A stretch of DNA of 64,000 bases from Methanomassiliicoccales archaeon. Its GTDB lineage: Archaea > Thermoplasmatota > Thermoplasmata > Methanomassiliicoccales > UBA472. The position numbers and the translations under genes are program-made. How positions within the stretch are numbered: the first letter of the stretch is position 1; each line of letters opens with the position of its first letter. Below the pieces are notes generated by a model, which saw only the letters and a list, made by a program, of their open reading frames with translations, had not been told where the DNA came from and did no database searches. Below, one piece after another: positions 19,312 to 28,720 of this stretch. The DNA is taken from contig JAXGRO010000003.1 in the NCBI GenBank assembly GCA_040765825.1, positions 27,262 through 91,261 of the forward strand, read 5' to 3'.

Positions 19312-20191
19312 AGGGGCTTCCCCTGGTGACCAGGGAGTACTCGCGCACCGCGTTGAACCCGCACCTCTTGCACGACTCGCCGCGCATCGGGCAGCCGTAA
19401 TGCTTGCTGCGGTCGGGCATGACGAACTCCGAGGCCCAGTACGGACATCTGTTGGTGTAGTCCTCGATGAGCAGCTCCTTCAGGGCCTTCCTGGAGTTGA
19501 GGATGGGGAACCCCTCCTTCTTGAGCGCGATGACCTCCTCCACCACCTTCCTCTTCTCCTCCAGGGTGAGGGTCTTCGAATCCGGCGGGGGGGTAAGGAA
19601 GTTGATCATCAGTCCGTTGATCCTCTTGCTGTCCTTCACGATCTGGGCCGTCTCCCTGATGAGGTGCCTGTTCTCGGGCATCACCACCATGTTGGCGAAC
19701 ACGTTGGGATGCTCCACCCTGTCCAGGTTGGCCATGAGCTTGTCGAAGGTCCCCGGGCAGCGTATGGCGTCATGCACCTCCCGGGGGCCGTCCAGGGATA
19801 CCGAGACCACGTCGCTCTCCAGATAGAAGATGTTGGTGCCGTTGGTGGTGTATCCGGTGACGTAGTATCCGATCTCCCTGCCGGCCTTGATCAGGTCCAG
19901 CAGGTTCCGGTCCCCGTCGCTCCAATGGGTGGGCTCTCCGCCCTCGAAGAACAGCACCCGGGCCCCCCGGTCGAAGGAGGCCTTCATCTCCTGAACCGCG
20001 TCGTCGTAGGATATCTTATGAGGCGGGGGGATCAGCGGAAGGTTCTCGGCGATATGGCAGTGCTGACATTTCAAGTTGCACTGGTACGTGATTATCATGG
20101 TGTTCACCAGGGGCCTCTTGAACCCCAGCAGCCCCTTAAGGAACCACACGCCGTAGTAGGCCGTCTGTCCCGCAGACCTCATCAAGCCCAT
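19265..20191 (-). CDS. Radical SAM protein with Cys-rich C-terminal extension
   Basis: CNLKCQHC, FEGGEP, VSLDG, C-terminal CPYW...GCP...CKRCG; upstream TTG start at 20221 possible. Confidence 0.88.
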   Translation of the reverse strand: MGLMRSAGQTAYYGVWFLKGLLGFKRPLVNTMIITYQCNLKCQHCHIAENLPLIPPPHKISYDDAVQEMKASFDRGARVLFFEGGEPTHWSDGDRNLLDLIKAGREIGYYVTGYTTNGTNIFYLESDVVSVSLDGPREVHDAIRCPGTFDKLMANLDRVEHPNVFANMVVMPENRHLIRETAQIVKDSKRINGLMINFLTPPPDSKTLTLEEKRKVVEEVIALKKEGFPILNSRKALKELLIEDYTNRCPYWASEFVMPDRSKHYGCPMRGESCKRCGFNAVREYSLVTRGSPSTIMSMAGRFALSTK

Positions 20192-20354
20192 GTCCACCCC
20201 ATCCCCGCCCGGATATTTCAATTGTGTCCGCCCGGCGGTCGTTCGGGCCTTGAGTTGGACGAATGGACCATCCCTGAAAAAAATATCCCTGGGACAAGCA
20301 TTAAATACTGGCCACCTGATTTTTTATTAACATTTTTCCAGGAGGACGAGACAC

Positions 20355-20609
20355 TTGAGCTTTAAAATGGAAGTTATCGAGAAGATAGCCGCTTTGATGA
20401 CCGCAGCCTTCGGATTGGTCGCCGCCTTGGCCTGGAACGCTGCCATAATTGAGCTTGTTGCCCAATTCCTGGACACTGGCGATGCCCTTATGGGCTACGT
20501 CATATACGCGGTGATCGTGACCGTGATCGCCGTGCTGGCGACGATCATCATCGCCAGGGCCGCCAACAAGATCAAGGCGAAGGAAGAGGCCAAGGCCAAG
20601 AAGGAGTAG
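20355..20609 (+). CDS. Small two-TM membrane protein (DUF5654-like)
   Basis: LMTAAFGLVAALAWNAAI and YAVIVTVIAV; SD ggagga. Confidence 0.8.
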   Translation: MSFKMEVIEKIAALMTAAFGLVAALAWNAAIIELVAQFLDTGDALMGYVIYAVIVTVIAVLATIIIARAANKIKAKEEAKAKKE

Positions 20610-20650
20610 GCCCCTTCAAACCCCAAAACAACCCCTTTTTATTTTTTAAC
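20610..20650 (+). terminator. Oligo-T terminator
   Basis: aacccctttttatttttt after the stop. Confidence 0.6.
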
Positions 20651-20724
20651 GCTCGGCCGATGGTCGCACCAAAATAATCATAATACGCCTTGATAATCTG
20701 GATGATGCAGAGGAGGCGCATCAC

Positions 20725-21735
20725 ATGAAGGTAAAGGTCGGGATAAACGGTTATGGCACCATCGGCAAGAGGGTGGCTTGGGCTGTGAACAGGCAGGACG
20801 ACATGGAGATCGTGGGAGTGACCAAGACCCGGCCTTCCTACGAGGCCTCCACCGCCCTGCGGGAGAACTGTCCGCTGTACGCCGCGCACGCGGAGGACCT
20901 GGACAACTTCGAGAAGGCCGGGTTCAAGGTGCAGGGGACCCTGGACGACCTGCTCAAGAAGGTGGACGTGATGGTGGACTGCACGCCCGGCGGCGTGGGG
21001 GAGAAGAACAAGGCCATATACGACCAGGCCGGGGTCAGGTCCATTTACCAGGGAGGGGAGTCCCACGATCTGGCCGGCATCTCCTTCAACGCCCTGGCAA
21101 ACTACCATGAGGCCTGGGGAGCGAACGCGGTGAGGGTGGTCTCCTGCAACACCACGGGATTGGTGAGGACGCTGTTCCCGCTGCAGCAGGCCTTCGGCAT
21201 CCAGAAGGTCTTCGCCTCCCTGGTGCGCCGCGGGGCCGATCCCGCGGACAAGAAGGGGGCGGCCCTGAACGCCATCGAGCCCTCGTTGAAGCTGCCGACC
21301 CACCACGGGCCGGACGTCAAGACGGTGATGCACGGGCTGGACATCCAGACCATGGCCGTGGTCACCCCCACCACCCTAATGCACCTGCACTGCGTAGCGG
21401 TGGAGCTCAAGAGGAAGGTCACCGAGAAGGAGGTGCTGGACGTCTGGTCCTCCTCCCCCAGGGTGAGGCTGGTCTCCGGAAAGGAGGGGGTCAGGAACAC
21501 CGGCCAGGTCATGGAGCTGGCCAAGGACCTGGGCCGGGCGCGGGGCGACCTCATGGACATCGCGGTCTGGAAGGACGGGGTGAAGGTGGTGGAGAACACC
21601 CTATACTACTATCAGGCCATACACCAGGAGAGCGACGTGGTCCCGGAGAACGTGGACTGCATCAGGGCCATGATGAAGCTGGAAAAGGACAATATGGCCT
21701 CTATAATGAAGACCAACGCGGCCATCGGGCTGTGA
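20725..21735 (+). CDS. gap: Archaeal type II glyceraldehyde-3-phosphate dehydrogenase
   Basis: INGYGTIGKRVA, RVVSCNTTGL, THHGPDV, QAIHQESDVVPENVD. Confidence 0.96.
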   Translation: MKVKVGINGYGTIGKRVAWAVNRQDDMEIVGVTKTRPSYEASTALRENCPLYAAHAEDLDNFEKAGFKVQGTLDDLLKKVDVMVDCTPGGVGEKNKAIYDQAGVRSIYQGGESHDLAGISFNALANYHEAWGANAVRVVSCNTTGLVRTLFPLQQAFGIQKVFASLVRRGADPADKKGAALNAIEPSLKLPTHHGPDVKTVMHGLDIQTMAVVTPTTLMHLHCVAVELKRKVTEKEVLDVWSSSPRVRLVSGKEGVRNTGQVMELAKDLGRARGDLMDIAVWKDGVKVVENTLYYYQAIHQESDVVPENVDCIRAMMKLEKDNMASIMKTNAAIGL

Positions 21736-21752
21736 GAACCCCTTAGGGCCCC

Positions 21753-21784
21753 TCGCGACCCCATCCCTTTTTTTGGGTTCGCGA
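21753..21784 (+). terminator. T7 tract within an imperfect inverted repeat between convergent gap and ABC permease genes
   Basis: tcgcgacccca-tccctttttt-tgggttcgcga. Confidence 0.55.
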
Positions 21785-21810
21785 CCAGTTCCATCATCCG
21801 GAATGGGGGG

Positions 21811-22563
21811 TCACAGGCCCTTCAGGGCCTTCCTCTTCAGTATGTGATTGGCGGCCAGCAGGAACACCACCGTGAAGGCCAGCAGGACAAGCATATCCAA
21901 CGCCAGCGGTATCACGCCCTCATTTCCCAGGGCGTGGTTGAGGCCGTCCACCAGATAGGTCAGCGGGGACATCAGGGTCACCCCGCGGAAGGCCCCGCTC
22001 ATCTCCGAAAGGGGCACGAATATACCGCTGATGAAGATGAGGGGGAAACGGACCAGCGATGACAGCATCATGATGTTGCTGGGCACCGGACCTGCCGGCG
22101 AGGATAGCAGTACGCCCATGGCCGCGAAGCACAGGTTGCCCAGGGCGAAGAGCAGGGGCAATGCCAGAAGACCCAGGAGTCCGATCTGGAACGGGGCAAC
22201 CAGCGAGCCGAACAGGAACACGGTCACGCTGATGATCAGGCCGAAGCCCGCGCCCGCCAGGGTATCCCCCAGCACCAGCACGGGTATGTTCACCGGCAGG
22301 GTCAGCAGCCTCTCGAACGTCCCGGCCTGCTTCTCCCAGGGGATGATCAGCGGCCCGACCGAGGAGGCGGTGAAGAACAGGGCCATGGCCAGGAACCCCG
22401 GGAAGAAGGTGGCCAGGTCCAGCTGCCGTCCCATGAAGAAGGCGAAGAATAGGAAGGTGGGCAGGATCAGCCCGAAAATGAACACCGGAGGCTTCCGGTA
22501 GTAGATCTTGATGTCCTTGACCGCGGTGGAGAGCACCCCGCGGACCATTATCTTCAGGTTCAT
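21811..22563 (-). CDS. ABC-2 type exporter permease
   Basis: Start MNLKIMV overlaps the ATPase stop; EKQAGTFERLLTLP, FISGIFVP, SPLTYLVD. Confidence 0.9.
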   Translation of the reverse strand: MNLKIMVRGVLSTAVKDIKIYYRKPPVFIFGLILPTFLFFAFFMGRQLDLATFFPGFLAMALFFTASSVGPLIIPWEKQAGTFERLLTLPVNIPVLVLGDTLAGAGFGLIISVTVFLFGSLVAPFQIGLLGLLALPLLFALGNLCFAAMGVLLSSPAGPVPSNIMMLSSLVRFPLIFISGIFVPLSEMSGAFRGVTLMSPLTYLVDGLNHALGNEGVIPLALDMLVLLAFTVVFLLAANHILKRKALKGL

Positions 22564-23480
22564 GCCTTCCCCTCCGTGAGCTTGACGAACACGTCCTCCA
22601 GGGAAGGCTCCAGGGTGTTGAGGGAGACTATGGTCAGCCCCATCTCGTCCCTCACCTCCATGATCCTGCGCACGGCCCCGTCCGGGTCGGAGGTGTAGAA
22701 GCGGAGCTTGTGGCCCTGGCCCTCGGCGCGGGTGATGCATTCGGAGGAGAACAGGCCGCATTCCACCGGGCGGTCGAAGGCCACCTCCACCGAGCGCGCT
22801 CCCTCGAAGGTGGCCCTCAGCCTCTCCGGGGTGTCCAGGGCGGCCACCTTTCCCCGGTTGATGATGCACACCCGGTCGCACAGGCGGCTGGCCTCCTCGA
22901 TGTTGTGCGTGGTCAGGACCACCGTGGCCCCCGCGCGGTTCATCCTTCCCACCTTCTCCAGGATCAGACGCCGGCTCTGCACATCCAGGCCCTCGGTGGG
23001 CTCGTCCAGGAAGAGCAGGTCCGGCCCATGGATCATGGCGCAGCCGATGGACACCCTCTGCCGGAGCCCCTTGGAGAAGCGCTTGGCCTTCTCGTCCTCC
23101 CTTCCCCCCAGGCCCAGCTCCTCCAGCAGGGCGGCGGCCCTTTCCCGGCGCACCTGCCCGGAGAGACCGTAGAACCTGCCGAACAGCTCCAGGTTCTCGC
23201 GGGCGGTGAGGTCCGGGTAGACGTTGCCGACCTCCGGGATGACCCCCAGCCTCTGCTTGGCCCCCAGGGGGTCCCTGGCCATGTCCGTGCCGAGTATGCT
23301 CACCGACCCGCCATCGGGGCGCAGGACCCCGGTCATCATGCGTATGGTGGTGGTCTTTCCCGCGCCGTTGGGGCCCAGTAGGCCGAAGAACTGCCCCTCG
23401 GGCACCTCGAAGCTCACCCCGTCCACGGCCATGAAGTCCCCGAACCTCTTGACCAGGCCCTCTGCTCTTATGGCGGACAT
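22560..23480 (-). CDS. ABC exporter ATP-binding protein (DrrA-like)
   Basis: GPNGAGKT, FSKG, LFLDEP, TTH. Confidence 0.95.
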   Translation of the reverse strand: MSAIRAEGLVKRFGDFMAVDGVSFEVPEGQFFGLLGPNGAGKTTTIRMMTGVLRPDGGSVSILGTDMARDPLGAKQRLGVIPEVGNVYPDLTARENLELFGRFYGLSGQVRRERAAALLEELGLGGREDEKAKRFSKGLRQRVSIGCAMIHGPDLLFLDEPTEGLDVQSRRLILEKVGRMNRAGATVVLTTHNIEEASRLCDRVCIINRGKVAALDTPERLRATFEGARSVEVAFDRPVECGLFSSECITRAEGQGHKLRFYTSDPDGAVRRIMEVRDEMGLTIVSLNTLEPSLEDVFVKLTEGKA

Positions 23481-23664
23481 GTGCAATATCGAGGACAGCA
23501 CATGCTCAGCAGGAATATAAACGGTGTTGGGCGTTCCTTCCAGACCATGGATATCCGCCTGACATGGCTGGCCTTTCCAGGCAAATCATTTTTTATTGCA
23601 TCGCCATCCTGATGACGTAGAGATGCCACGGCCCCCTTTGACGGGGGACGCCTGGGGAATCGCC

Positions 23665-24903
23665 ATGAAGGACCACTTCACCATAGACGACCTGGATGTA
23701 GAGGGGAGGACCGTCATTTACCGGGTGGACATCAACTGCCCGCTGCGGGAGGACACCTTGGACCTGGCCAACGACAACCGTATCAGGGAGGTCCTGCCCA
23801 CCCTCAAGGAGCTGCTGGGCCGCAGGGCCAAGGTCATCATTCTGGCGCACCAGAGCCGTCCTGGGGAATGGGACTATATATCCTTGGAGAGGCATGCCAA
23901 ACGTACCTCTGAACTTCTAGGACAGGAGGTCGCGTACGTCGATGACCTCTATGGGGAGGAGGCCTCCCGGGCCATTAAGGAGATGAGGCCAGGAACGGCG
24001 ATCATGCTCCGCAACGTGAGGGACGAGCCGGGGGAGATGGACAAGAGGTCGATGGAGGAGCATTCCCGCTCGGCATTGGTGGAGCGGCTGTCCAGGCTGG
24101 CGGACTTCTATGTCAACGACGCCTTCGGCGCCGCCCATCGTTCCCAGTGCTCCCTGGTCGGGTTCCAGGCCATCATGCCTTCCGCCGCCGGCAGGCTGAT
24201 GGAGAAGGAGCTCCATGCCCTGGAGACCGTTTTCAGCTCACCCTCCCACCCCTGCATTTTCGTTCTCGGGGGAGCCAAGTTCTCGGACGCCATCAAGGTG
24301 GTGGACCGCGTGCTGGGGAAGGGCATCGCCGACCGGGTGATCCTGGTCGGACTGGTGGCCAACGCCTTCCTGAAGGCCAAGGGAGTGGACCTGGGGGAGA
24401 GGAGCGAACGCAACCTGATGAAGGAGTTCAATGACGAGAACCTGAGGGAGGCGCACCGCTTGTTGGAGATGTACGGGGACCGCATACAGCTGCCCTTCGA
24501 CGTGGCCCTGGAGGTCGATGGCGCCAGGATGGATGTGCCCATAGCAGATCTGCCTTCCGTTCATCCCATACACGACATCGGCATGGGGAGCGCCCGGGCC
24601 TTCGAGGAGATGCTCAGGGACGCCTGCACCGTCTTCATGTCCGGGCCCGCGGGCAAGATAGAGACCCCCGGCTTCGAGCTGGGCACCAAGATGCTCATGC
24701 AGGCGGCGGTCGTGGGCCACGCCTTCTCCGTGATCGGAGGAGGGCATACCGTCAGCGCCGCCCAGCGCTTCTGTTGCTGCGACCGCTTCTCCTATGTGAG
24801 CACCGGCGGGGGGGCCTTGGAGACGTATATCCTTGGCAAGCCCATGCCGGTGGTGGACGCCCTGAAGGCCGCCTATCGCCGGGAGACGCAAGGGCGGTGC
24901 TGA
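23665..24903 (+). CDS. pgk: Phosphoglycerate kinase
   Basis: RVDINCP, AHQSRPG, VNDAFGAAHR, LGGAK, IGGGH, STGGGA. Confidence 0.96.
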   Translation: MKDHFTIDDLDVEGRTVIYRVDINCPLREDTLDLANDNRIREVLPTLKELLGRRAKVIILAHQSRPGEWDYISLERHAKRTSELLGQEVAYVDDLYGEEASRAIKEMRPGTAIMLRNVRDEPGEMDKRSMEEHSRSALVERLSRLADFYVNDAFGAAHRSQCSLVGFQAIMPSAAGRLMEKELHALETVFSSPSHPCIFVLGGAKFSDAIKVVDRVLGKGIADRVILVGLVANAFLKAKGVDLGERSERNLMKEFNDENLREAHRLLEMYGDRIQLPFDVALEVDGARMDVPIADLPSVHPIHDIGMGSARAFEEMLRDACTVFMSGPAGKIETPGFELGTKMLMQAAVVGHAFSVIGGGHTVSAAQRFCCCDRFSYVSTGGGALETYILGKPMPVVDALKAAYRRETQGRC

Positions 24904-24969
24904 ACCGCATCGGCCTGTTGGAAGATGCTTCTGTATCATTATTAATCCAGGATTTTTCCTTCCCGGCCC

Positions 24970-26103
24970 ATGGACCCTTCGGACTACGACCAGCGCTGCC
25001 TGAGATGCGGCAAGTGCATCGAGGCCTGCCCGCAGTACTCGGACGTCGACATGATCGATTCCCTGATAGGTTACCTTAAGGGGGGCATGGAGACCGGGCA
25101 TGACATCACCATGTGCCTGACCTGCGGGAAGTGCGAATCGGCGTGCCCGGAGAAGCTCAGCCTCAAGCTTCTGATCAAGGAGGCCAGGCTGAAGCGGGTG
25201 GCCAAAGCCGGCCTGTCGGACATCAACTTCATATGCGACCCCGACTACGAACGCAACATATTCAAGACCGCCGCGGAGGTGGAGGAGCCGCTGCACTTCG
25301 AGCCCCGTCCGGCCGAGGTGGTCTACTACCCCGGCTGCTACTCCAGCTACATCCACAAGACCATGGTCCTGGCCATCACCCGCCTGATGGAGAGGGCCGG
25401 GGTGGACTTCTCCGTGCTGAACGGCCTGGACTACTGCTGCGGCCTGGCCGCTGCTGGCACCGGGAATCCTTCGGTCATCAAGGCCAACGGACCCAAGGTG
25501 ATCTCCAAACTGAGGGAGATGGGGGCCAGGAAGGTGGTGGTCTCCTGCCCGGGCTGCTTCATGGCCCTGTCCAAGGCCTACCCTGGCATGTTCGGGCCGC
25601 TGGGCTTCGAGGTGGTGCAGGCCTCCCAGTTCCTGGGCGATCTGATCGACCAGGGCAGGCTGGCGCCAGGGGACAAGGCCGGCGGAAGGGTCTACTACCA
25701 CGACCCCTGCCATCTGACCAGGGGCGCGGGGATCTTCAAAGAGCCGAGGGAGCTGCTGAGGAAGGTCCCTGGAACGGAGCTCATGAACCCTGACCCGGAG
25801 GGCTCCAACTGCTGCGGCTTCGGCGGAGGGGTGCGCCTCAACCACCCCACCGCGTCCATAAGCGCCTCTTGCCAGGAGCATGTGCAGGTGGCCTCCGAGG
25901 GAGGGGATATCATAATCACCAACTGCGCCGGCTGCCGCCAGAACCTCATGGAGGGCCGTCCGGAGAATGGTCCCCAGGTCTACGACCTGGCGGAGTACAT
26001 CCTGCTGTCCCTGGGCGAGGGGCTCCCTCGCGACGACGCCTCCCTCATAGAGGTGGTGAACAGGGCCTACGCCCGGGGCGTAAGGGGCTACAGCAGACCG
26101 TAG
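24970..26103 (+). CDS. Fe-S oxidoreductase, 2x[4Fe-4S] plus two CCG domains (HdrD/GlpC-like)
   Basis: CLRCGKCIEACP, CLTCGKCESACP, YYPGC, CCG, YHDPCHL, CCGFGGG. Confidence 0.88.
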   Translation: MDPSDYDQRCLRCGKCIEACPQYSDVDMIDSLIGYLKGGMETGHDITMCLTCGKCESACPEKLSLKLLIKEARLKRVAKAGLSDINFICDPDYERNIFKTAAEVEEPLHFEPRPAEVVYYPGCYSSYIHKTMVLAITRLMERAGVDFSVLNGLDYCCGLAAAGTGNPSVIKANGPKVISKLREMGARKVVVSCPGCFMALSKAYPGMFGPLGFEVVQASQFLGDLIDQGRLAPGDKAGGRVYYHDPCHLTRGAGIFKEPRELLRKVPGTELMNPDPEGSNCCGFGGGVRLNHPTASISASCQEHVQVASEGGDIIITNCAGCRQNLMEGRPENGPQVYDLAEYILLSLGEGLPRDDASLIEVVNRAYARGVRGYSRP

Positions 26104-26113
26104 ACCTGCTGGA

Positions 26114-26722
26114 TCACTTCCGGGCGGCGATGACCACGAAAAGCCCCTGGCCGTGTCCCTCCAGGACCTCTTCCGGCCCTTCTCCGCCGAACACGGTCTG
26201 GCGAACGTCCGTGGCCTGCCAACCCGCGGCCTCCATCATTCCCAGGGCCTCGGCCACCGATAGGAACCTGGCGGTCCGGTAGAAGCGGCTTCCGGAGGCC
26301 TTCTCCCCGTAGACCTTTCCCAAAGGGCTGTCCCGGTCCAGCAGCCCGATGATCAGCCGTCCCCCCGGCCGCACCACCCGGAAGGCCTCCCTCAGCGAGG
26401 GCAAGGGGTCCGCGAAGCAGAGCACGGTTACCATGAGCACGAAGTCGAGGGCGCCGTCCCTGAAGGGCAGGGCCTCCGCCCTTCCCCGGACCGCCGCCAA
26501 CCCCTTCTTCACGGCTGTATTGAGCATGGGCAGGGAGGGGTCCACGCCCGTGGATATCCCGAGCGGCAGGGCGAAGCGCCCCGTGCCCATCCCCACCTCC
26601 AGCCCCCGGCCCTGCGGTACGCAGGGGCGGAGGGCCGCCAGCTCCGCGCGGTATGCATGGCGGTTCCGCTCGAACCACAGGTCATACTCGTCGGCCAGCT
26701 GATCGAAGGGGTTCTCAGGCAT
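26114..26722 (-). CDS. Class I SAM-dependent methyltransferase
   Basis: LEVGMGTG, GVDPS, AEALPF, RVVRPGG. Confidence 0.9.
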   Translation of the reverse strand: MPENPFDQLADEYDLWFERNRHAYRAELAALRPCVPQGRGLEVGMGTGRFALPLGISTGVDPSLPMLNTAVKKGLAAVRGRAEALPFRDGALDFVLMVTVLCFADPLPSLREAFRVVRPGGRLIIGLLDRDSPLGKVYGEKASGSRFYRTARFLSVAEALGMMEAAGWQATDVRQTVFGGEGPEEVLEGHGQGLFVVIAARK

Positions 26723-26728
26723 CCGCCC

Positions 26729-27892
26729 TCAGAGCACCTTGGACATGCGCTCCAGGGCCTCCTCTATCCTCTCCACCGGCTGGGTGGTGGCCATGCGCAC
26801 GTATCCCTCGCCGCCCTTGCCGAAGCCCACACCCGGAGTGACCACGATGCCAGCGGAGAGCATCCTCTCCGCGAACTTCAGGGAGGGCTGGTCGACCTTC
26901 ATCCAGAGGTAGAAGGTGGCCTTGGGGGGATCGATCTTGAACCCCAGCTTGCGGAGTCCACCCACCAGCACGTCCCGCCGCTCCTGATAGACCGCGATGT
27001 TGTCCTTGACCATCTGCGGCTTCTCCCCCTTCACGTACGATCCCAGGGCCATGGTCACCGCCTTCTGCAGGAACTTCGGCGCGCCGGAATCGATCTGGGA
27101 CTTCACCTTCTTCAGCCCGGCTATGAGGTCCGAATCGCCGACCGCGTACCCTATGCGGTACCCGGTCATGTTGAAGGTCTTGGACAGCGATCCGAACTCG
27201 ATGGTCCCGTCCCCCTGGGCCACCTCCAGAGCGGAGGGGGCCACATAATCATCGAAGGTCATCTCCGAATAGGCGTTGTCGTAGCACAGGATGGTGTCGG
27301 TCTCCACGCACCACCTGGAGGCCTTGAGCAGGAACTCCGTGTCGCACACCGCCCCGGTGGGGTTGTTGGGGTAGTTCAGGTAGATCATCTTCGCGTCCGT
27401 GGGCAGGGAGTCCATGTCCGGAAGGAAGCCCTTCTCGGCAAGCAGGGGGAAGCGCACCGGATTGGAGTCGGTGAGCAGCGCCGCGCCCTGCGCGTACACC
27501 GGGTAGGCCGGGTCGGGGGACAGCACCTTCTCCCCGCAGTTCACGAAGGCCCGGCAGATGTTGGCCAGGCCCTCCTTGGAACCGATGAGTATGGCCACCT
27601 CCCCCTTGGGGTCCACGTCCACGTTGAAGCGGTCCTTGTACCACCGGGAGATGGCCTCCCTGGTGTCCGCCTCCCCGGCGCTGGAGGGGTAGCGATGGTT
27701 GTCCGGGTCGTCCAGCGCCTTCTTGATATGCTCCACGATGGGCTGGGGAGTGGGAAGGTCTGGGTCCCCGATCCCGAAATCGATTATGTCCATCCCTTCC
27801 TTCCGCTTCCTCTCCACCTTCTCCTCTATCTCCGCGAAGAGATAGGGAGGCAGCATCTTCAGCCTGTTAGCGTAATCGAATCCCATGTACAC
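26729..27892 (-). CDS. dapL: LL-diaminopimelate aminotransferase
   Basis: LPPYLFA, GIGDPD, GSKEG, NYPNNPTG, YDNAY, SLSKTFNMTGYRIG; last gene of the dap/lys operon. Confidence 0.85.
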   Translation of the reverse strand: MYMGFDYANRLKMLPPYLFAEIEEKVERKRKEGMDIIDFGIGDPDLPTPQPIVEHIKKALDDPDNHRYPSSAGEADTREAISRWYKDRFNVDVDPKGEVAILIGSKEGLANICRAFVNCGEKVLSPDPAYPVYAQGAALLTDSNPVRFPLLAEKGFLPDMDSLPTDAKMIYLNYPNNPTGAVCDTEFLLKASRWCVETDTILCYDNAYSEMTFDDYVAPSALEVAQGDGTIEFGSLSKTFNMTGYRIGYAVGDSDLIAGLKKVKSQIDSGAPKFLQKAVTMALGSYVKGEKPQMVKDNIAVYQERRDVLVGGLRKLGFKIDPPKATFYLWMKVDQPSLKFAERMLSAGIVVTPGVGFGKGGEGYVRMATTQPVERIEEALERMSKVL

Positions 27893-27895
27893 ACC

Positions 27896-28720
27896 TCACA
27901 TCTGACCTTCGAACACCAGCGCGGCCGGTCCGCGCATGGTCACCCTGGAGAGGTCCTTCCAGACCTTTATCCATAGGCTACCTCCGGGCAGGCGCACCTG
28001 CACCTCCTCGTCGAACCTGACCTTGCCCAGCAGGGCTGCGGCCACCACCGTGGCGCAGGCCCCGGTGCCGCAGGCCATGGTCCAGCCGGCGCCCCTCTCG
28101 AACACCCTGACCTCCAGTAACCCGTCCACCGATTTAACGAATTCCACATTGGTGCGCTTGGGGAACAGCTCGTGGGCGTGGATGATCGGACCCAGCCTTT
28201 CCTGCTCCCCTTCGGGAACCTGCTCGAACAGGATCAGGTGGGGGTTGCCCATGGACACCGCGGTGCCCCGGAACGTCCTGCCGTCCACCATCAGCTCCCG
28301 GTCCACGAACCGGCCGGGGCAGTTCATGGGGATGTCAGGGCAGTCCAGCCTTGGACGGCCCATGTCCACGGTGGCCGTTTCCGCCTTTCCGTCGCGCACG
28401 GTGAGGGTGATGGGCAGCACCCCGGCCAGGGTCTCGATGGTCATCTCCTCCCCCTTCAGGTGGCCCATGTCGTGGACATGCTTGGCCAGGCAGCGGATGC
28501 CGTTGCCGCACATCTCCGCCTCCGAGCCGTCCGAGTTCATGACCCGCATGGCGAAGTCGGCCCTGTCGCTGCGCTCCAGGTAGAGTATCCCGTCGGCCCC
28601 CACTCCGAAACGCCGGTGGCATACGGCCCTCACGAAATCGGGGTCCTTGCTCACGCCGCCGTCCAGGTTCTCCACGAGCACGAAGTCGTTCCCCAGGCCG
28701 TGGTACTTCCAGAACCTCAT
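27896..28720 (-). CDS. dapF: Diaminopimelate epimerase
   Basis: KYHGLGNDF, NSDGSEAEMCGNG, GNPH, ERGAGWTMACGTG. Confidence 0.97.
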   Translation of the reverse strand: MRFWKYHGLGNDFVLVENLDGGVSKDPDFVRAVCHRRFGVGADGILYLERSDRADFAMRVMNSDGSEAEMCGNGIRCLAKHVHDMGHLKGEEMTIETLAGVLPITLTVRDGKAETATVDMGRPRLDCPDIPMNCPGRFVDRELMVDGRTFRGTAVSMGNPHLILFEQVPEGEQERLGPIIHAHELFPKRTNVEFVKSVDGLLEVRVFERGAGWTMACGTGACATVVAAALLGKVRFDEEVQVRLPGGSLWIKVWKDLSRVTMRGPAALVFEGQM

